This document shows, piece after piece, positions 1-9,736 of a DNA stretch of 64,000 nt. The stretch lies in the NCBI GenBank assembly GCA_963666115.2, contig CAXXET010000004.1, positions 416,001 to 480,000 on the forward strand, in the 5' to 3' direction. Origin of the DNA: Dehalococcoidia bacterium (GTDB taxonomy: Bacteria; Chloroflexota; Dehalococcoidia; UBA6926). Within the stretch, counting starts at the first letter, position 1, and each line of letters begins with the position of its first letter. The notes beneath the pieces were generated by a model. It was not told where the DNA came from. It did not search any database and saw nothing but the letters and a program-made list of their open reading frames with translations. Made by a program: the position numbers and the translations under genes.

Positions 1-534
1 ACGGACGAACGGATCGCAATCGAGGACATCGCGCGGCGCTTCGGCGAGCCCGTCGGCGCGCGGACGGACGAGATGGAGGGCTTCGACAGCCCATGGAACG
101 GGTACGGCGTCCACGTGGTGGACGTTTCGGTCGACCCGGACACGGCGGAGGTGACGCCGCTGCGGTATACGGCGGTGCATGAGACGGGCCGGGTGCTGAA
201 TCCGATGGGGTTCACGAGCCAGATCGAGGGCGGCATCGTGCAGTCCATCGGCTCGGCGCTGATGGAGGGGCTGTTCTACGACGAGAGCGGGCGGGTGATG
301 AATCCATCGTTCGCGGACATGAAGCTGCCGACGGCGCGCGACATTCCGAGCCTGGACGTTGTGGTGATGGAGTCCGACGACGGCCACGGGCCGCTGCGGG
401 CGCGGGGCATCGGCGAGCACGCGAACAGCATGGCGGCGCCGGCGATTGCGAACGCGGTGGCGGACTCCATCGGGGCGCGCGTTGAAAGCCTGCCCATCAC
501 GGCGGAGAAGGTGTATGGGGCGCTCCAGGGATAA
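1..534 (+). CDS. Xanthine dehydrogenase/CoxL-family molybdopterin-binding subunit, C-terminal part (truncated by window start)
   Basis: Frame is open from base 1; motifs VHETGRVLNP, QIEGGIVQSIG, GARGIGE-like RARGIGE, AIANAVADSIG..LPITAEKV. Confidence 0.9.
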   Translation, partial: TDERIAIEDIARRFGEPVGARTDEMEGFDSPWNGYGVHVVDVSVDPDTAEVTPLRYTAVHETGRVLNPMGFTSQIEGGIVQSIGSALMEGLFYDESGRVMNPSFADMKLPTARDIPSLDVVVMESDDGHGPLRARGIGEHANSMAAPAIANAVADSIGARVESLPITAEKVYGALQG

Positions 535-546
535 GTCACAGGCAGA

Positions 547-978
547 GTGAGGGGGCATCCAAACGTGACTTTCGAGCCGGACCCATCACTGATTGTCCAG
601 GCTATCGACAGGCAGCGCGAGCTCGAGGCACGGGCCGCAGCGGTTGAGTTGAGCGCGGAATTGGTGGAGCGAGCGCGGCAAATCCTGATTCCGGCGGCGC
701 GCAACGGGCAGCGGATGAGCTACGCGCAGTTTGCGGCGCAGCTTAACGTGCCCGACATCGAGGGGACGACGTGTGATCCACTGCTCGTGCACGTGGCGGA
801 GAGCGAGGCGGAGGCGGGACGCCCCCTGCTCAGCGTCATCGTCGTCAACAGCCACAACCGGCGGCCCAGCGCGGCGCTGTGCGAACTCATTCGTGAGATG
901 CGCGGGTGGGACTGTGACGCCGAAGAGGCGTACCTGAAGGAGTTCACGCTCGTCGTGGACTACTGGCGGCCGGTGTAG
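547..978 (+). CDS. Hypothetical protein (possible winged-helix-like fold)
   Basis: 143 aa ORF, co-directional with neighbours; ...MSYAQFA...GRPLLSVIVV... pattern. Confidence 0.6.
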   Translation: MRGHPNVTFEPDPSLIVQAIDRQRELEARAAAVELSAELVERARQILIPAARNGQRMSYAQFAAQLNVPDIEGTTCDPLLVHVAESEAEAGRPLLSVIVVNSHNRRPSAALCELIREMRGWDCDAEEAYLKEFTLVVDYWRPV

Positions 979-1008
979 CGCGCCATAGCCGGCAACAAGG
1001 AACATCCG

Positions 1009-1950
1009 ATGCCGATAGACCTGCGTGATCTGGCGCGGCTGCCGCCGTCTATCGAGAACATGGCGTTCTCGAAGATCCGGGTGGAACGGCTTTCGGAGGA
1101 TGAGGTGGTTCGATTCTTCAATGGGCTGTATCAGGCTGCCCTGCTTTCGCACGACGACGGCGATTGGTCGCGGGTTGATTCGTATCTCAATGAGTGGGAG
1201 CGCGACCTGGTTTCACGGGTCAATCCCAACGCGATTTCGTTTGATTCGTCGCCGTGGGCGGCGTTCGAGAAGCCGCTTTCGGAGGCGCGCATTGCGTTGA
1301 TAACGACGGGCGGCGTGTACGTTCGGGAGGGGCAAGAGCCGTTCGTGGACGACGATCCGTCTTACCGCGTGATTCCGTCCGCCGCACCAACTTCAGACCT
1401 GGCGATCTTCCATGAGCACTACGACACGTCGAACGCGGAGAAGGACATCAACGTCATCTTTCCTATTGAGCGGCTGCGGGAGATGGAGGCGGAGGGGGCG
1501 ATTGGGTCGCTCGCTATAGACGCTTTCGGGTTCATGGGCTATATCGTCGGGGACAATATCCCACGCCTGATGGAGGAGACCGCGCCGGGGGCGGCACGGG
1601 CGCTGCGCGCAGATAACGTTGACGCGGCGCTTGTGGGCACGACTTGACCGATCTGCAATCAGTCCGGGGGGCTGATCGCGCGAGCGCTGGAGGAGCACGG
1701 CATCTCAACGGTGGTGGTGAACCAGGGTTTGCAGCAGCCGATGCGCGTCAAGCCGCCCCGCACGTTGTACGTGAAGCATCCCTACGGGCAGCCGTTCGGG
1801 CAGCCGGGGGCGGTGGATCAACAGCGGACAATCGTGGAGGACGCGCTCAACCTGCTGGAGACGGTCACGGAGCCGGGAACAATCGCCCACTCGCCGTACA
1901 AATGGCGGCGGGAGGATTTTTCGGCTATCCGGAGAGAGCGGCGGGGTTAA
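1009..1950 (+). CDS. PrdB/GrdB-family (proline/glycine reductase selenoprotein B-like) selenoprotein; UGA 1645-1647 = Sec
   Basis: ORFs 1009-1647 and 1711-1950 share one frame separated only by TGA: ALVGTT-U-PIC-NQSGGLIARALEEHGISTV (UxxC); family motifs PW..KPLSEARIALITTGG, DINVIFPIERLRE, KPPR, PYGQPFG. Confidence 0.88.
1654..1680 (+). promoter_or_regulatory. Bacterial SECIS-like hairpin
   Basis: GC-A-ATCAGTCC GGG GGGCTGAT-C-GC stem-loop with G-rich apical loop ~18 nt after the in-frame UGA. Confidence 0.7.
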
Positions 1951-1953
1951 GCT

Positions 1954-2799
1954 CTAGTCGCCGGTTTCCTGGATGGGCGTGTCGGACTGCGCGTACTCCA
2001 GGGTCGACAGGTCTTTCTTGAGGCTGCGGGCCATGGGCAGCATGGTGGTGGCCGTCATTCCAGCGCCGAGGATTCCGCCCAGGAGAGGGATGGCCTTGGA
2101 GAGTCCGCGGGTGAAGGTGTGCTTGGTGATCTTGACACCGATGTAGCGGCCAACACGCTTGGCAAGCATGGCGGACGCATGGTGTGTCACGGCGCGGGCG
2201 GAGAGCTGCTGGAGGCCCTGCTTGGCCGCGCCGACGCCCATCATCGCGCCGATGAACATGGTGATGTCCGCCTGCGCGATGTCATCCAACTCGCCATCGT
2301 GCAGGAGGTCCGGCCAGCCGTAGAGATAGGCGAGCTCCTGCGCCATCACGGTTAGGTGGTAGAAGTACTGGGCGAGGTCAGCCGGAATCGTGCCCAGCAT
2401 GGCAAATCCGCCGGGGATGCCGGTTGCGAATGAGATGCCGGACGCGCGGGCTACGTGCTTCCTGATGAGGACGTTTGCGCGGCCATCGATCTTTTCGATT
2501 TCGATGCCCGCCAGCGCGGGGCGGGTCGCGATGGCCCTTTCAATCTGTTCCTCATCGGCAACCGACTTCAGGGCTGAACGCAGGAATTTCTCGCGATTGA
2601 CCGTGACGCCGGGGACGGCGAGCGCGGCGTGAAGGACACGCTGCCAAACGCGGTCGTCGTGGCCGGACTCAACAAGCTCAAGGGTGCCGTTATCGTCCTC
2701 AAGCGCGGTTGCCTCGTGCTCAAGGCGTTCCTCGGCAATATGAGCCTTGCTCTCGACTTCCAGTGTCGGAGCTTCGCTGTCCGCTCGTTCATCCGACAT
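1954..2799 (-). CDS. EcsC-like protein
   Basis: TGIPGGFAMLGTIPADLAQY...ELAYLYG, KAIPLLGGILG pattern. Confidence 0.65.
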   Translation of the reverse strand: MSDERADSEAPTLEVESKAHIAEERLEHEATALEDDNGTLELVESGHDDRVWQRVLHAALAVPGVTVNREKFLRSALKSVADEEQIERAIATRPALAGIEIEKIDGRANVLIRKHVARASGISFATGIPGGFAMLGTIPADLAQYFYHLTVMAQELAYLYGWPDLLHDGELDDIAQADITMFIGAMMGVGAAKQGLQQLSARAVTHHASAMLAKRVGRYIGVKITKHTFTRGLSKAIPLLGGILGAGMTATTMLPMARSLKKDLSTLEYAQSDTPIQETGD

Positions 2800-2866
2800 G
2801 CTGCCCTCCCCGGGCGACCGTTTATCCCTGTCTCATCATACACGCGCCGCGACGCCTAATGTTACG

Positions 2867-3985
2867 TCAGTATGAACGGAACAGTTCTCCCCACGGCGTT
2901 TCCAGGGCTTTCCCGGCTCGACGCCGGCCAATCGTGTTGTACCAATAGCCGTTGAAGTAGAGGTTTGACGCGACATAGGACCAGGGGGCGATGACGGTGC
3001 GCAGGAGCAGGTGTTCAAGGCGTTTGAGGGGGCCCCAGTAGATGAGCTTTTGGCCGCGGCTGGCGAACGTATCCTCCGTGGCCTTGAGACGCCAGTTCAC
3101 CTCGGACACGTCCTCGCCAACGATTTCGATTTCGCGCGGGTCGCCAGTTCCCAGTCCTGCCTCATGGGCAAGACGAATGAACTTGACGGACATGGGGTCG
3201 ATTCCCATGAGCTTGGCGGAGACAGCGTCGATGGCCACCTGATCCGCCGATGCGAGCAGGATGTTCTTGGTTTGCCACTGCATGGCGCGGGGGCCGGGTC
3301 CATCGCCGACAAAGGTGCCGTCCATGACGGCGAACAGGCCGGGGTGGATCTCTTTCTGGATGGCGAGCAAGTCGACGAGGGTTTCGTGGATGACGGAGTG
3401 GGTCCAGTGGCGGCGGTGGTTGAGGAGGCCGCCGAACGCATTCTTCATCGCGCCGGTCATCGTGGTGAAGACGTGGGTTTTCATTGTTGGCAGGTGAATG
3501 ACGTTCTTGCCGGGAAACATGGCGGGGATGCGGAGGCCGTCAGGGAAGATGTCACCCAATACCCGCATCTCTTCGCGGGGGTGGAACTCCATCCATTCCA
3601 CGTCTTCGAGATGGGTATTCGGGATGCCGTGCTTCTCGATAACCGGCAAGTGCTTGTTGTTGACCTCGCCGACCTTTGCGTCAACGACGACCGTGCCGTT
3701 ATGCGCGGCGATGATGTCCTGGTATCCATCCTCCTTGAGCGTTTTGATCACGCCGTCCAACTGCCAGGGCGTAGTGGAGCAGGCCGGGTACCAGAGCTGC
3801 CAGGAGATGTTGACCTTGAGGAGGGTCGCGGCGGCGGCATCAAGGGTTTCGTGATAACCGGCGAGGCGCATCAGGCGGCCAATATCGTCCAGCACCGTTT
3901 CAGGCGTCGTGTAGACGACGGCTACGCGGGAGCGGGAGGGCGGCGCGGCATCCGGGGCCGGGTTGTCCAGAACTGTTTGCGTCAT
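2867..3985 (-). CDS. DUF362 domain protein (putative Fe-S protein)
   Basis: LLKVN..STTP, LPTMKTH..TTMTGAMKNAFG, DG..GDGPGP, SADQVAIDAV. Confidence 0.85.
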   Translation of the reverse strand: MTQTVLDNPAPDAAPPSRSRVAVVYTTPETVLDDIGRLMRLAGYHETLDAAAATLLKVNISWQLWYPACSTTPWQLDGVIKTLKEDGYQDIIAAHNGTVVVDAKVGEVNNKHLPVIEKHGIPNTHLEDVEWMEFHPREEMRVLGDIFPDGLRIPAMFPGKNVIHLPTMKTHVFTTMTGAMKNAFGGLLNHRRHWTHSVIHETLVDLLAIQKEIHPGLFAVMDGTFVGDGPGPRAMQWQTKNILLASADQVAIDAVSAKLMGIDPMSVKFIRLAHEAGLGTGDPREIEIVGEDVSEVNWRLKATEDTFASRGQKLIYWGPLKRLEHLLLRTVIAPWSYVASNLYFNGYWYNTIGRRRAGKALETPWGELFRSY

Positions 3986-4027
3986 TGATTGTCTGGAGGG
4001 ACTGGGAATACTCCGTTCCTTTCTCTC

Positions 4028-4033
4028 TATACT
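4028..4033 (+). promoter_or_regulatory. -10 box (TATACT) 7 nt before ATG; probable leaderless transcript
   Basis: TATACT-ttagcgg-ATG with no Shine-Dalgarno. Confidence 0.45.
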
Positions 4034-4040
4034 TTAGCGG

Positions 4041-4913
4041 ATGAGCACGGTAGGCCGCATTGACGCGCACGTTCACGTTTTCCACCCGGACGTGGCGGAG
4101 AATCGATTCCGCTACTTCCCGCAGGATGCCGCGTTCCACGAGATGTACCAGGCGCCAGACGCGCAGATCATCGTGACGGAGCAGCTCATAAACGCGATGG
4201 ACACGGCGGGGATTGCGCGATCGATTACGTGCGGATTCGGGTGGAGCACGAACGACCTGTGCCGGCAGGGGAATGACGCGATCATCGAGGCCGCGCGGCT
4301 GTATCCGAGCCGTGTGGCAGGGTTTGGCACGGTTGCGCCGAGGGACTCACTCTCGGAGGCACTGGCAGAAATTGACCGCCTGGCCGCAGCGGGCATCCGG
4401 GGATTGGGGGAGCTCCGGCCCGATACGCAGGGGCTGCTTGAGATGCAGGCGCAGGACATCGACGCATTTGCGGAGCATGTCCGGGGGCACGGCATGGGGC
4501 TGTTGATGCATGCGTCGGAACCGGTGGGACGAACGTACCCGGGCAAGGGGACGGCGACGCCCGAGCGGGTATACAGGCTGTTGGAGCGGCTGCGGGGAAT
4601 CCCCGTCATCCTTGCGCACGCGGGGGGCGGTTTGCCGTTCTACGCGAACCTCCGGGCCTCCGAGGACGTGTTTGCGGACGTGTACGTGGACACGGCGGCG
4701 ATGCCGTACCTATATGATCCGGCCACGGTTCGCGCGCTCATCAACTCCATCGGCCTCGACCGGGTGCTGTTCGCGACGGATTACCCACTGATGCGGCAGG
4801 AGCGGGTGATTCAATACCTCGATAGGGCGGGGCTGACATCGGACGAAATGGAGCGTGTGCTCCAGCACAATGCGGAGGAATTCTTGAGGAGAGTGGGAGC
4901 TTCGCGCAGGTGA
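4041..4913 (+). CDS. Amidohydrolase_2 family metal-dependent hydrolase
   Basis: IDAHVH, GLGEL, MHAS, AHAGG, VLFATDYP. Confidence 0.9.
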   Translation: MSTVGRIDAHVHVFHPDVAENRFRYFPQDAAFHEMYQAPDAQIIVTEQLINAMDTAGIARSITCGFGWSTNDLCRQGNDAIIEAARLYPSRVAGFGTVAPRDSLSEALAEIDRLAAAGIRGLGELRPDTQGLLEMQAQDIDAFAEHVRGHGMGLLMHASEPVGRTYPGKGTATPERVYRLLERLRGIPVILAHAGGGLPFYANLRASEDVFADVYVDTAAMPYLYDPATVRALINSIGLDRVLFATDYPLMRQERVIQYLDRAGLTSDEMERVLQHNAEEFLRRVGASRR

Positions 4914-4951
4914 CGGCCGGCGGTGTATGTGGGGGGGGGGAGGGGGTTGGA

Positions 4952-4981
4952 TTGACAGGTTGGGGTGATTGAACGTAGGAT
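4952..4981 (+). promoter_or_regulatory. Sigma70-type promoter of trp leader
   Basis: TTGACA-18 nt-TAGGAT just upstream of the T-box leader. Confidence 0.65.
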
Positions 4982-5008
4982 TTTTGGAAATTGAATAGGA
5001 GAATCTGA

Positions 5009-5211
5009 GGCGACGAACGAGAGTAGTACCGCCCATCGCCGGGCAACAGAGAGTCGGGGAACGGTGGAATCCCGACGCCGGGCAGGACGGGAATGGACTC
5101 GGGAGCCGACGTAGCAAGCAAGCGCTCTCGTCTTACGGGCGGGAGAATAAGGGTGGCACCGCGGGAATCCACGCGAATCGAGGACCCGTCCCTTTGAGGG
5201 GCGGGCTTTTT
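5009..5211 (+). ncRNA. T-box riboswitch, Trp specifier
   Basis: AGTA box, AGAGA, GGTGGAA loop motifs, GAA-TGG-A specifier at 5094-5096, T-box AATAAGGGTGGCACCGCG at 5146-5163, terminator; lies upstream of trpE. Confidence 0.93.
5185..5211 (+). terminator. T-box intrinsic terminator
   Basis: CCCGTCCCT-TTG-AGGGGCGGG followed by CTTTTT. Confidence 0.85.
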
Positions 5212-5267
5212 GTTTGTCCCTCTTCGTTAGAGGCGGACACGGGAGAAGCAGAAAGGCGGGAGTTCCA

Positions 5268-6785
5268 ATGGCGACGTATTTCCCGAGCGTGGATGAGGCG
5301 CGCGCGATGCGCGGCCAGGGAAACATCGTGCCCGTCTGGCGCGACATTCCCGCAGACATGGAGACTCCCGTCACGGCCTATCTCAAGGTTGCGCGGGAAG
5401 CGCCTTCGTTCCTGCTGGAGAGCGTGGAGGGCGGCGAGCGGGTCGCGCGGTACAGCTTCATCGGCACGCTGCCGACAAAGGTCATCCGAACCGGCCCGGC
5501 AACCGACGCCGGCAGCATCGACCCGCTGACGCTGGTGGAGAAAGAGCTTGAGGGCGTCAAGCCGGTGCAGGCGCCCGGCTTGCCACGGTTTCTCGGCGGC
5601 GCGGTGGGTTTTGTCGCGTATGAGGCGGTTCACCATTTCGAGCCGCGCGTACCGTACAACGAAAACCCGGACCCGATGGAACTGCCTGAGTCCGTGTTCC
5701 TGCTGACCGACACGCTGCTGGTCTTCGATCACGTTAAACACGTCATCAAGATCGTGAGCCATGCCTCGCTGGAGGGGAGCGACGAGCAGATAGACGAGTC
5801 GTACCAGAAGGCGGTGGAACGAATCGACCGCCTGGATGAGCGCCTCGAAAGGGGACCCATCGAGGGGAACAGCGTGCTGACGCCCGGCCTATCGGACGAC
5901 TACAGGGGAGAGTTGACGTCCAACCACACGGCGGAGTCGTTCATGCGGCAGGTTGAGGAGGCGCGGGAACTCATCACTGACGGGGAGTGCATCCAGGTGG
6001 TGCTGTCGCAACGGCTGGCACGCCGCACGTCCGCCGCGCCTTTCGACATCTACCGTGCGCTGCGAACGCTGAACCCTTCGCCGTACATGTACTTCCTGGA
6101 CATGGGCGACTTTCACATCATTGGGTCGTCGCCGGAGATGCTCGTGCGCGTGGAGGACGGGACGGCGACGACGCATCCGATTGCCGGGACGCGGCGGCGG
6201 GGCGGGACGCCAGAGGAGGACAACGCGCTCGCGGAGGAGTTAATCACGGATGAGAAGGAGCGCGCGGAACACATCATGCTCGTTGACCTTGGCCGCAACG
6301 ACCTGGGGCGCGTGTGCGAGCCGGGCACTGTGAGCGTGCCGCAGCTCATGGAGATCGAGCGGTATTCGCACGTGATGCACATCGTCTCTACCGTGGTCGG
6401 CAAGCTGCATCCGGATTACACGGCGTACAACACGCTGCGCTCCTGCTTTCCGGCGGGAACGCTGTCCGGCGCGCCCAAGGTGCGGGCGATGGAGGTCATC
6501 GCGGACAAGGAGCCGCACGAGCGCGGGCCGTACGGCGGCGCGGTGGGCTACTTCTCCAATGAGGGCAACATGGACATGGCGATTTGCATCCGCACCATCG
6601 TCATGAAGGACGGCGTGGCAACCGTGCAGGCGGGCGGGGGCCTTGTATACGACAGCGTGCCGCGCGCCGAATACGAGGAATCGCTGGCCAAAGCGCGCGG
6701 GATGCTGGCTGCGCTGGACGCGGGCGAGGACCTGACTATCGACCGTATGAACAGGGCCGCTGCCGGAGTGGCGGGAGGCGCGTGA
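5268..6785 (+). CDS. trpE: Anthranilate synthase component I
   Basis: FLLESVEGG..RYSF, QVVLSQR, NPSPYM, PIAGTR, EHIMLVDLGRND, FPAGTLSGAPK; ATG 5268 follows GGGAG. Confidence 0.95.
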   Translation: MATYFPSVDEARAMRGQGNIVPVWRDIPADMETPVTAYLKVAREAPSFLLESVEGGERVARYSFIGTLPTKVIRTGPATDAGSIDPLTLVEKELEGVKPVQAPGLPRFLGGAVGFVAYEAVHHFEPRVPYNENPDPMELPESVFLLTDTLLVFDHVKHVIKIVSHASLEGSDEQIDESYQKAVERIDRLDERLERGPIEGNSVLTPGLSDDYRGELTSNHTAESFMRQVEEARELITDGECIQVVLSQRLARRTSAAPFDIYRALRTLNPSPYMYFLDMGDFHIIGSSPEMLVRVEDGTATTHPIAGTRRRGGTPEEDNALAEELITDEKERAEHIMLVDLGRNDLGRVCEPGTVSVPQLMEIERYSHVMHIVSTVVGKLHPDYTAYNTLRSCFPAGTLSGAPKVRAMEVIADKEPHERGPYGGAVGYFSNEGNMDMAICIRTIVMKDGVATVQAGGGLVYDSVPRAEYEESLAKARGMLAALDAGEDLTIDRMNRAAAGVAGGA

Positions 6786-7351
6786 TGATTTTCTTGCTCG
6801 ACAATTACGACAGCTTTACGTACAACCTGTACCAGTACCTCTCGGAGCTTGGCGAGGACGTTGTCGTTGATCGGAACGACAAGACGACAGTCGAGAATAT
6901 CGCCGAGATGCAGCCGGAGAGGGTTGTGATCTCGCCGGGGCCGTCGAATCCGGCGAACGCGGGCATTTCCAAGGACGTTGCGCAGCATTTCGGCGAGCGG
7001 GGCACGCCGGTGCTGGGCGTGTGCCTCGGCCACCAGTGCATCGGGGAAGTCTTTGGGGGGACGGTGGCGGGAGCGGGCGAGATCATGCATGGCAAGTCAA
7101 GCATGATTTACCATGACGGCAAGGGAATCTACGAGGGGCTGCCGAATCCGTTCGAGGCGATCCGCTACCATTCGCTTGCGATTCTACCGGAGACGGTTCC
7201 GGACGAGTTGGAGGTGACGGCGCGGACGGACAAGGGCGTGGTGATGGGCGTGCGGCACCGCGAACACCCCATCGTGGGGATCCAGTTCCACCCGGAGAGC
7301 ATCCGGACGGAGGTCGGGAAAGACCTGCTTCGCAATTTCCTGAAGATGTAG
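6785..7351 (+). CDS. trpG: Anthranilate synthase component II (glutamine amidotransferase)
   Basis: DNYDSFTYNL, ISPGP, GVCLGHQ, RYHSL, QFHPES; overlaps trpE stop. Confidence 0.95.
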   Translation: MIFLLDNYDSFTYNLYQYLSELGEDVVVDRNDKTTVENIAEMQPERVVISPGPSNPANAGISKDVAQHFGERGTPVLGVCLGHQCIGEVFGGTVAGAGEIMHGKSSMIYHDGKGIYEGLPNPFEAIRYHSLAILPETVPDELEVTARTDKGVVMGVRHREHPIVGIQFHPESIRTEVGKDLLRNFLKM

Positions 7352-7364
7352 GCGCGAGGGCACT

Positions 7365-8628
7365 TTGGCGCAAGACACCGAACGGCAGGGCGGAGGTTCG
7401 ACGGCAACGGCGGGCGCTGGAGCGCGAACTGACGCGCGGTCAGCGGCTGACGCTGCTCATCACAGCTGTTGCCGGCCACGGCATCAAGCACCTGATGAAC
7501 GCGGCCTTTGCGGTGCTGCTGCCGGAGATAAAGACCACGCTGGGCCTAACGAACACCCAGGTAGGCATTCTTTCAACATCGCGGTTTCTCGCGGGCGGGC
7601 TGGTCAACTTCCCCGGCGGGATACATCGCCGACCGATTCACGAACCTGCGCGCGATCGTCCTCGGCATCTCGATCGCGGGCATCGGCGTCACGTATTTCC
7701 TCGTCGGCATCACAACGTCATTCTGGCTGGTCACCGTCTTCTCGTCGCTCATGATCGTGGCCATTTCGCTGTGGCATCCGGCGGCCATCGGCTCGCTTTC
7801 GCGGCAGTTCACGTCGAACCGGGGCTTCGCCATATCCCTGCACGGGACGGGGGGGAGCGTCGGTGAGGCAGTTGGGCCGCTCATCGCCGGAGTCCTCCTG
7901 GCCGTTTTCACGTGGCAGTTCATTTCACAGGGCGCGATCATACCGGGGCTGATCCTTGGATTTGCGATCTGGTTGATCCTGCGGCGCATCCCCGCAGACA
8001 TTGGACAAGGCGGCGTCGTTCGGCGACTATTTTGTCGGGGTCCGCAGCCTGTTGAGCAACAAGCGCCTGCTGCTTGTGCTGTTCTTCACCGGGGGCTTCG
8101 CGGGGGCGCAGGCCACCATGTACACGTTCCTGCCGGTCTACCTGCGGGAGGACATCGCGCTGGAGCCGGAAGTCGTTTGGGGTGTACCTGGCGCTGCTCA
8201 ACTTGCCCGGGCTTGCCTCACAGCCCGCGATGGGCTATCTCTCCGACCGCTGGGGGCGCAAGGCCGTGCTGTTCCCGGCGATGGCCTCCCTGGGCGTCTT
8301 CTACTTGCTTCTCGGAACCGTGCCGGGCGGCTGGCCGCTTGTAGCCACGGTTATCGCAGCCGGCCTGTTCTTCTACCCGATGATGGCCATATTCCTGGCT
8401 TCCGCCGCCGACCTCGCTCCATCGGACGTGCAATCGACGACCGTGTCGCTGGTGTTCGGCGTGGCAACGCTCGTCGGCTCGTTCGCCCCGCTCTTTGCAG
8501 GCTACCTTGCCGACGAGTACTCGTTGAAAGCGACATTCTATTTCTGCGCCGCCCTGGTGCTGGCGGCGGCGCTTGTTGCCCTGGTAACGCGATGGGAGCG
8601 GCCGCGCGACCATGCGGCTGCCGAGTAA
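7365..8628 (+). CDS. MFS transporter, split by about four frameshifts (assembly error or pseudogene)
   Basis: Hydrophobic MFS segments continue across frames; GYIADRF and GYLSDRWGRK motifs, HPAAIGSLSR..RGFAISLHG. Confidence 0.75.
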
Positions 8629-8641
8629 TGGAGCGTATCCG

Positions 8642-9659
8642 ATGATTCGAGAGGCGATTGCACACCTGATTGAGGGCCGCAGCATCTCACAGGCCGAGGC
8701 CGAGCAGGTGATGACGGAGATCATGGATGGCGAGGCGACCCCGGCGCAGTTGGGCGCGTTCCTGATGGCGCTTCGCACCAAGGGGGAGGGCGTGGACGAG
8801 ATCGCGGGGCTTGCGCGGGGTGATGCGCGCGCGGGCGCTGCGCGTCGAGGTGGACGACCCGGATTCACTGCTGGACACCTGCGGCACGGGCGGGGACGCC
8901 TCACACACATTCAATATCTCTACGACTGCCGCGCTTGTGGCGGCGGGGGCGGGGGGCTGCGCGTTGCCAAGCACGGGAACCGGGCCGCGTCGTCCGCGTG
9001 CGGCTCTGCCGACGTGCTGGAGGCGGCGGGCGTGACCATCGAGCTTGAGCCTGAGCAGGTGGCGCACTGCATCGAGTCCGCGGGCATCGGGTTCATGTTC
9101 GCACCGAAGTACCACCCGGCCATGCGGCACGCGGCAGGGCCGCGGCGTGAGATCGGCGTGCGGACGGTGTTCAACATCCTCGGGCCGCTCACAAATCCGG
9201 CGCACGCAGGGCATCAGCTTGTCGGCGTGCCGCGCCCGGAACTCGTGGAGACCATCGCGCGGGTGCTGGGCGAACTGGGCGCAAAGCGGGCAATCGTCGT
9301 GCATGGCGCGGACGGGTTGGACGAGATCGCGCTGAGCGGGCCGTCGATCATGGCGGAGTACCGCGACGGTTCAGTGGCCGTGCGGGAAATCACGCCGGAG
9401 GAGTTTGGGCTGGCGCACGCGGGCGTGGACCAGATACGAAGCGAGGACGTGGAGTCGAGTTACCGCATCTTCACGAACGTGCTCAACGGGGAGCCGGGGC
9501 CGTATCGAGACATCGTGCTGATCAACGCTGCCGCCGCGCTGGTGGCAGGAGAGGCGGCGGATGATCTGGCGGGCGGGCTGGAGGCGGCGCGGGAATCTAT
9601 CGACTCGGGGGGCGGCGCGGGACAGGCTTGAGCGGCTAGTGGCGGCGAGCAAGGTTTAG
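8642..9659 (+). CDS. trpD: Anthranilate phosphoribosyltransferase with three G-run frameshifts
   Basis: [13 protein letters not shown] in alternate frame, [28 protein letters not shown]; removing extra Gs near 8817, 8955 and 9610 gives a full TrpD ending LVAASKV. Confidence 0.9.
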
Positions 9660-9676
9660 GGAGGATTACAACGTCC

Positions 9677-9724
9677 TAGATTCCCGCTTTCGCGGGAATG
9701 ACGAGGGGGACGCGGGAATGACGG
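9677..9724 (+). repeat. Palindromic repeat family A with duplicated right arm
   Basis: TAGATTCCCGCTTTCGCGGGAATGACG then CGCGGGAATGACG 20 nt later. Confidence 0.9.
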
Positions 9725-9736
9725 ACGGGGGCAACC

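Noticed and set aside
1644-2021. 125-aa ORF overlapping the stop at 1647
   Set aside because: Low-complexity translation; the region is better explained by Sec read-through in the upstream frame.
4931-4950. G-quadruplex/poly-G regulatory tract (also 13241-13285)
   Set aside because: Cannot be separated from the general + strand G enrichment and homopolymer uncertainty.
8811-8960. Programmed frameshifting or phase variation in trpD
   Set aside because: Multiple G-run insertions also affect the neighbouring gene; no slippery site with stimulator; artefact more parsimonious.
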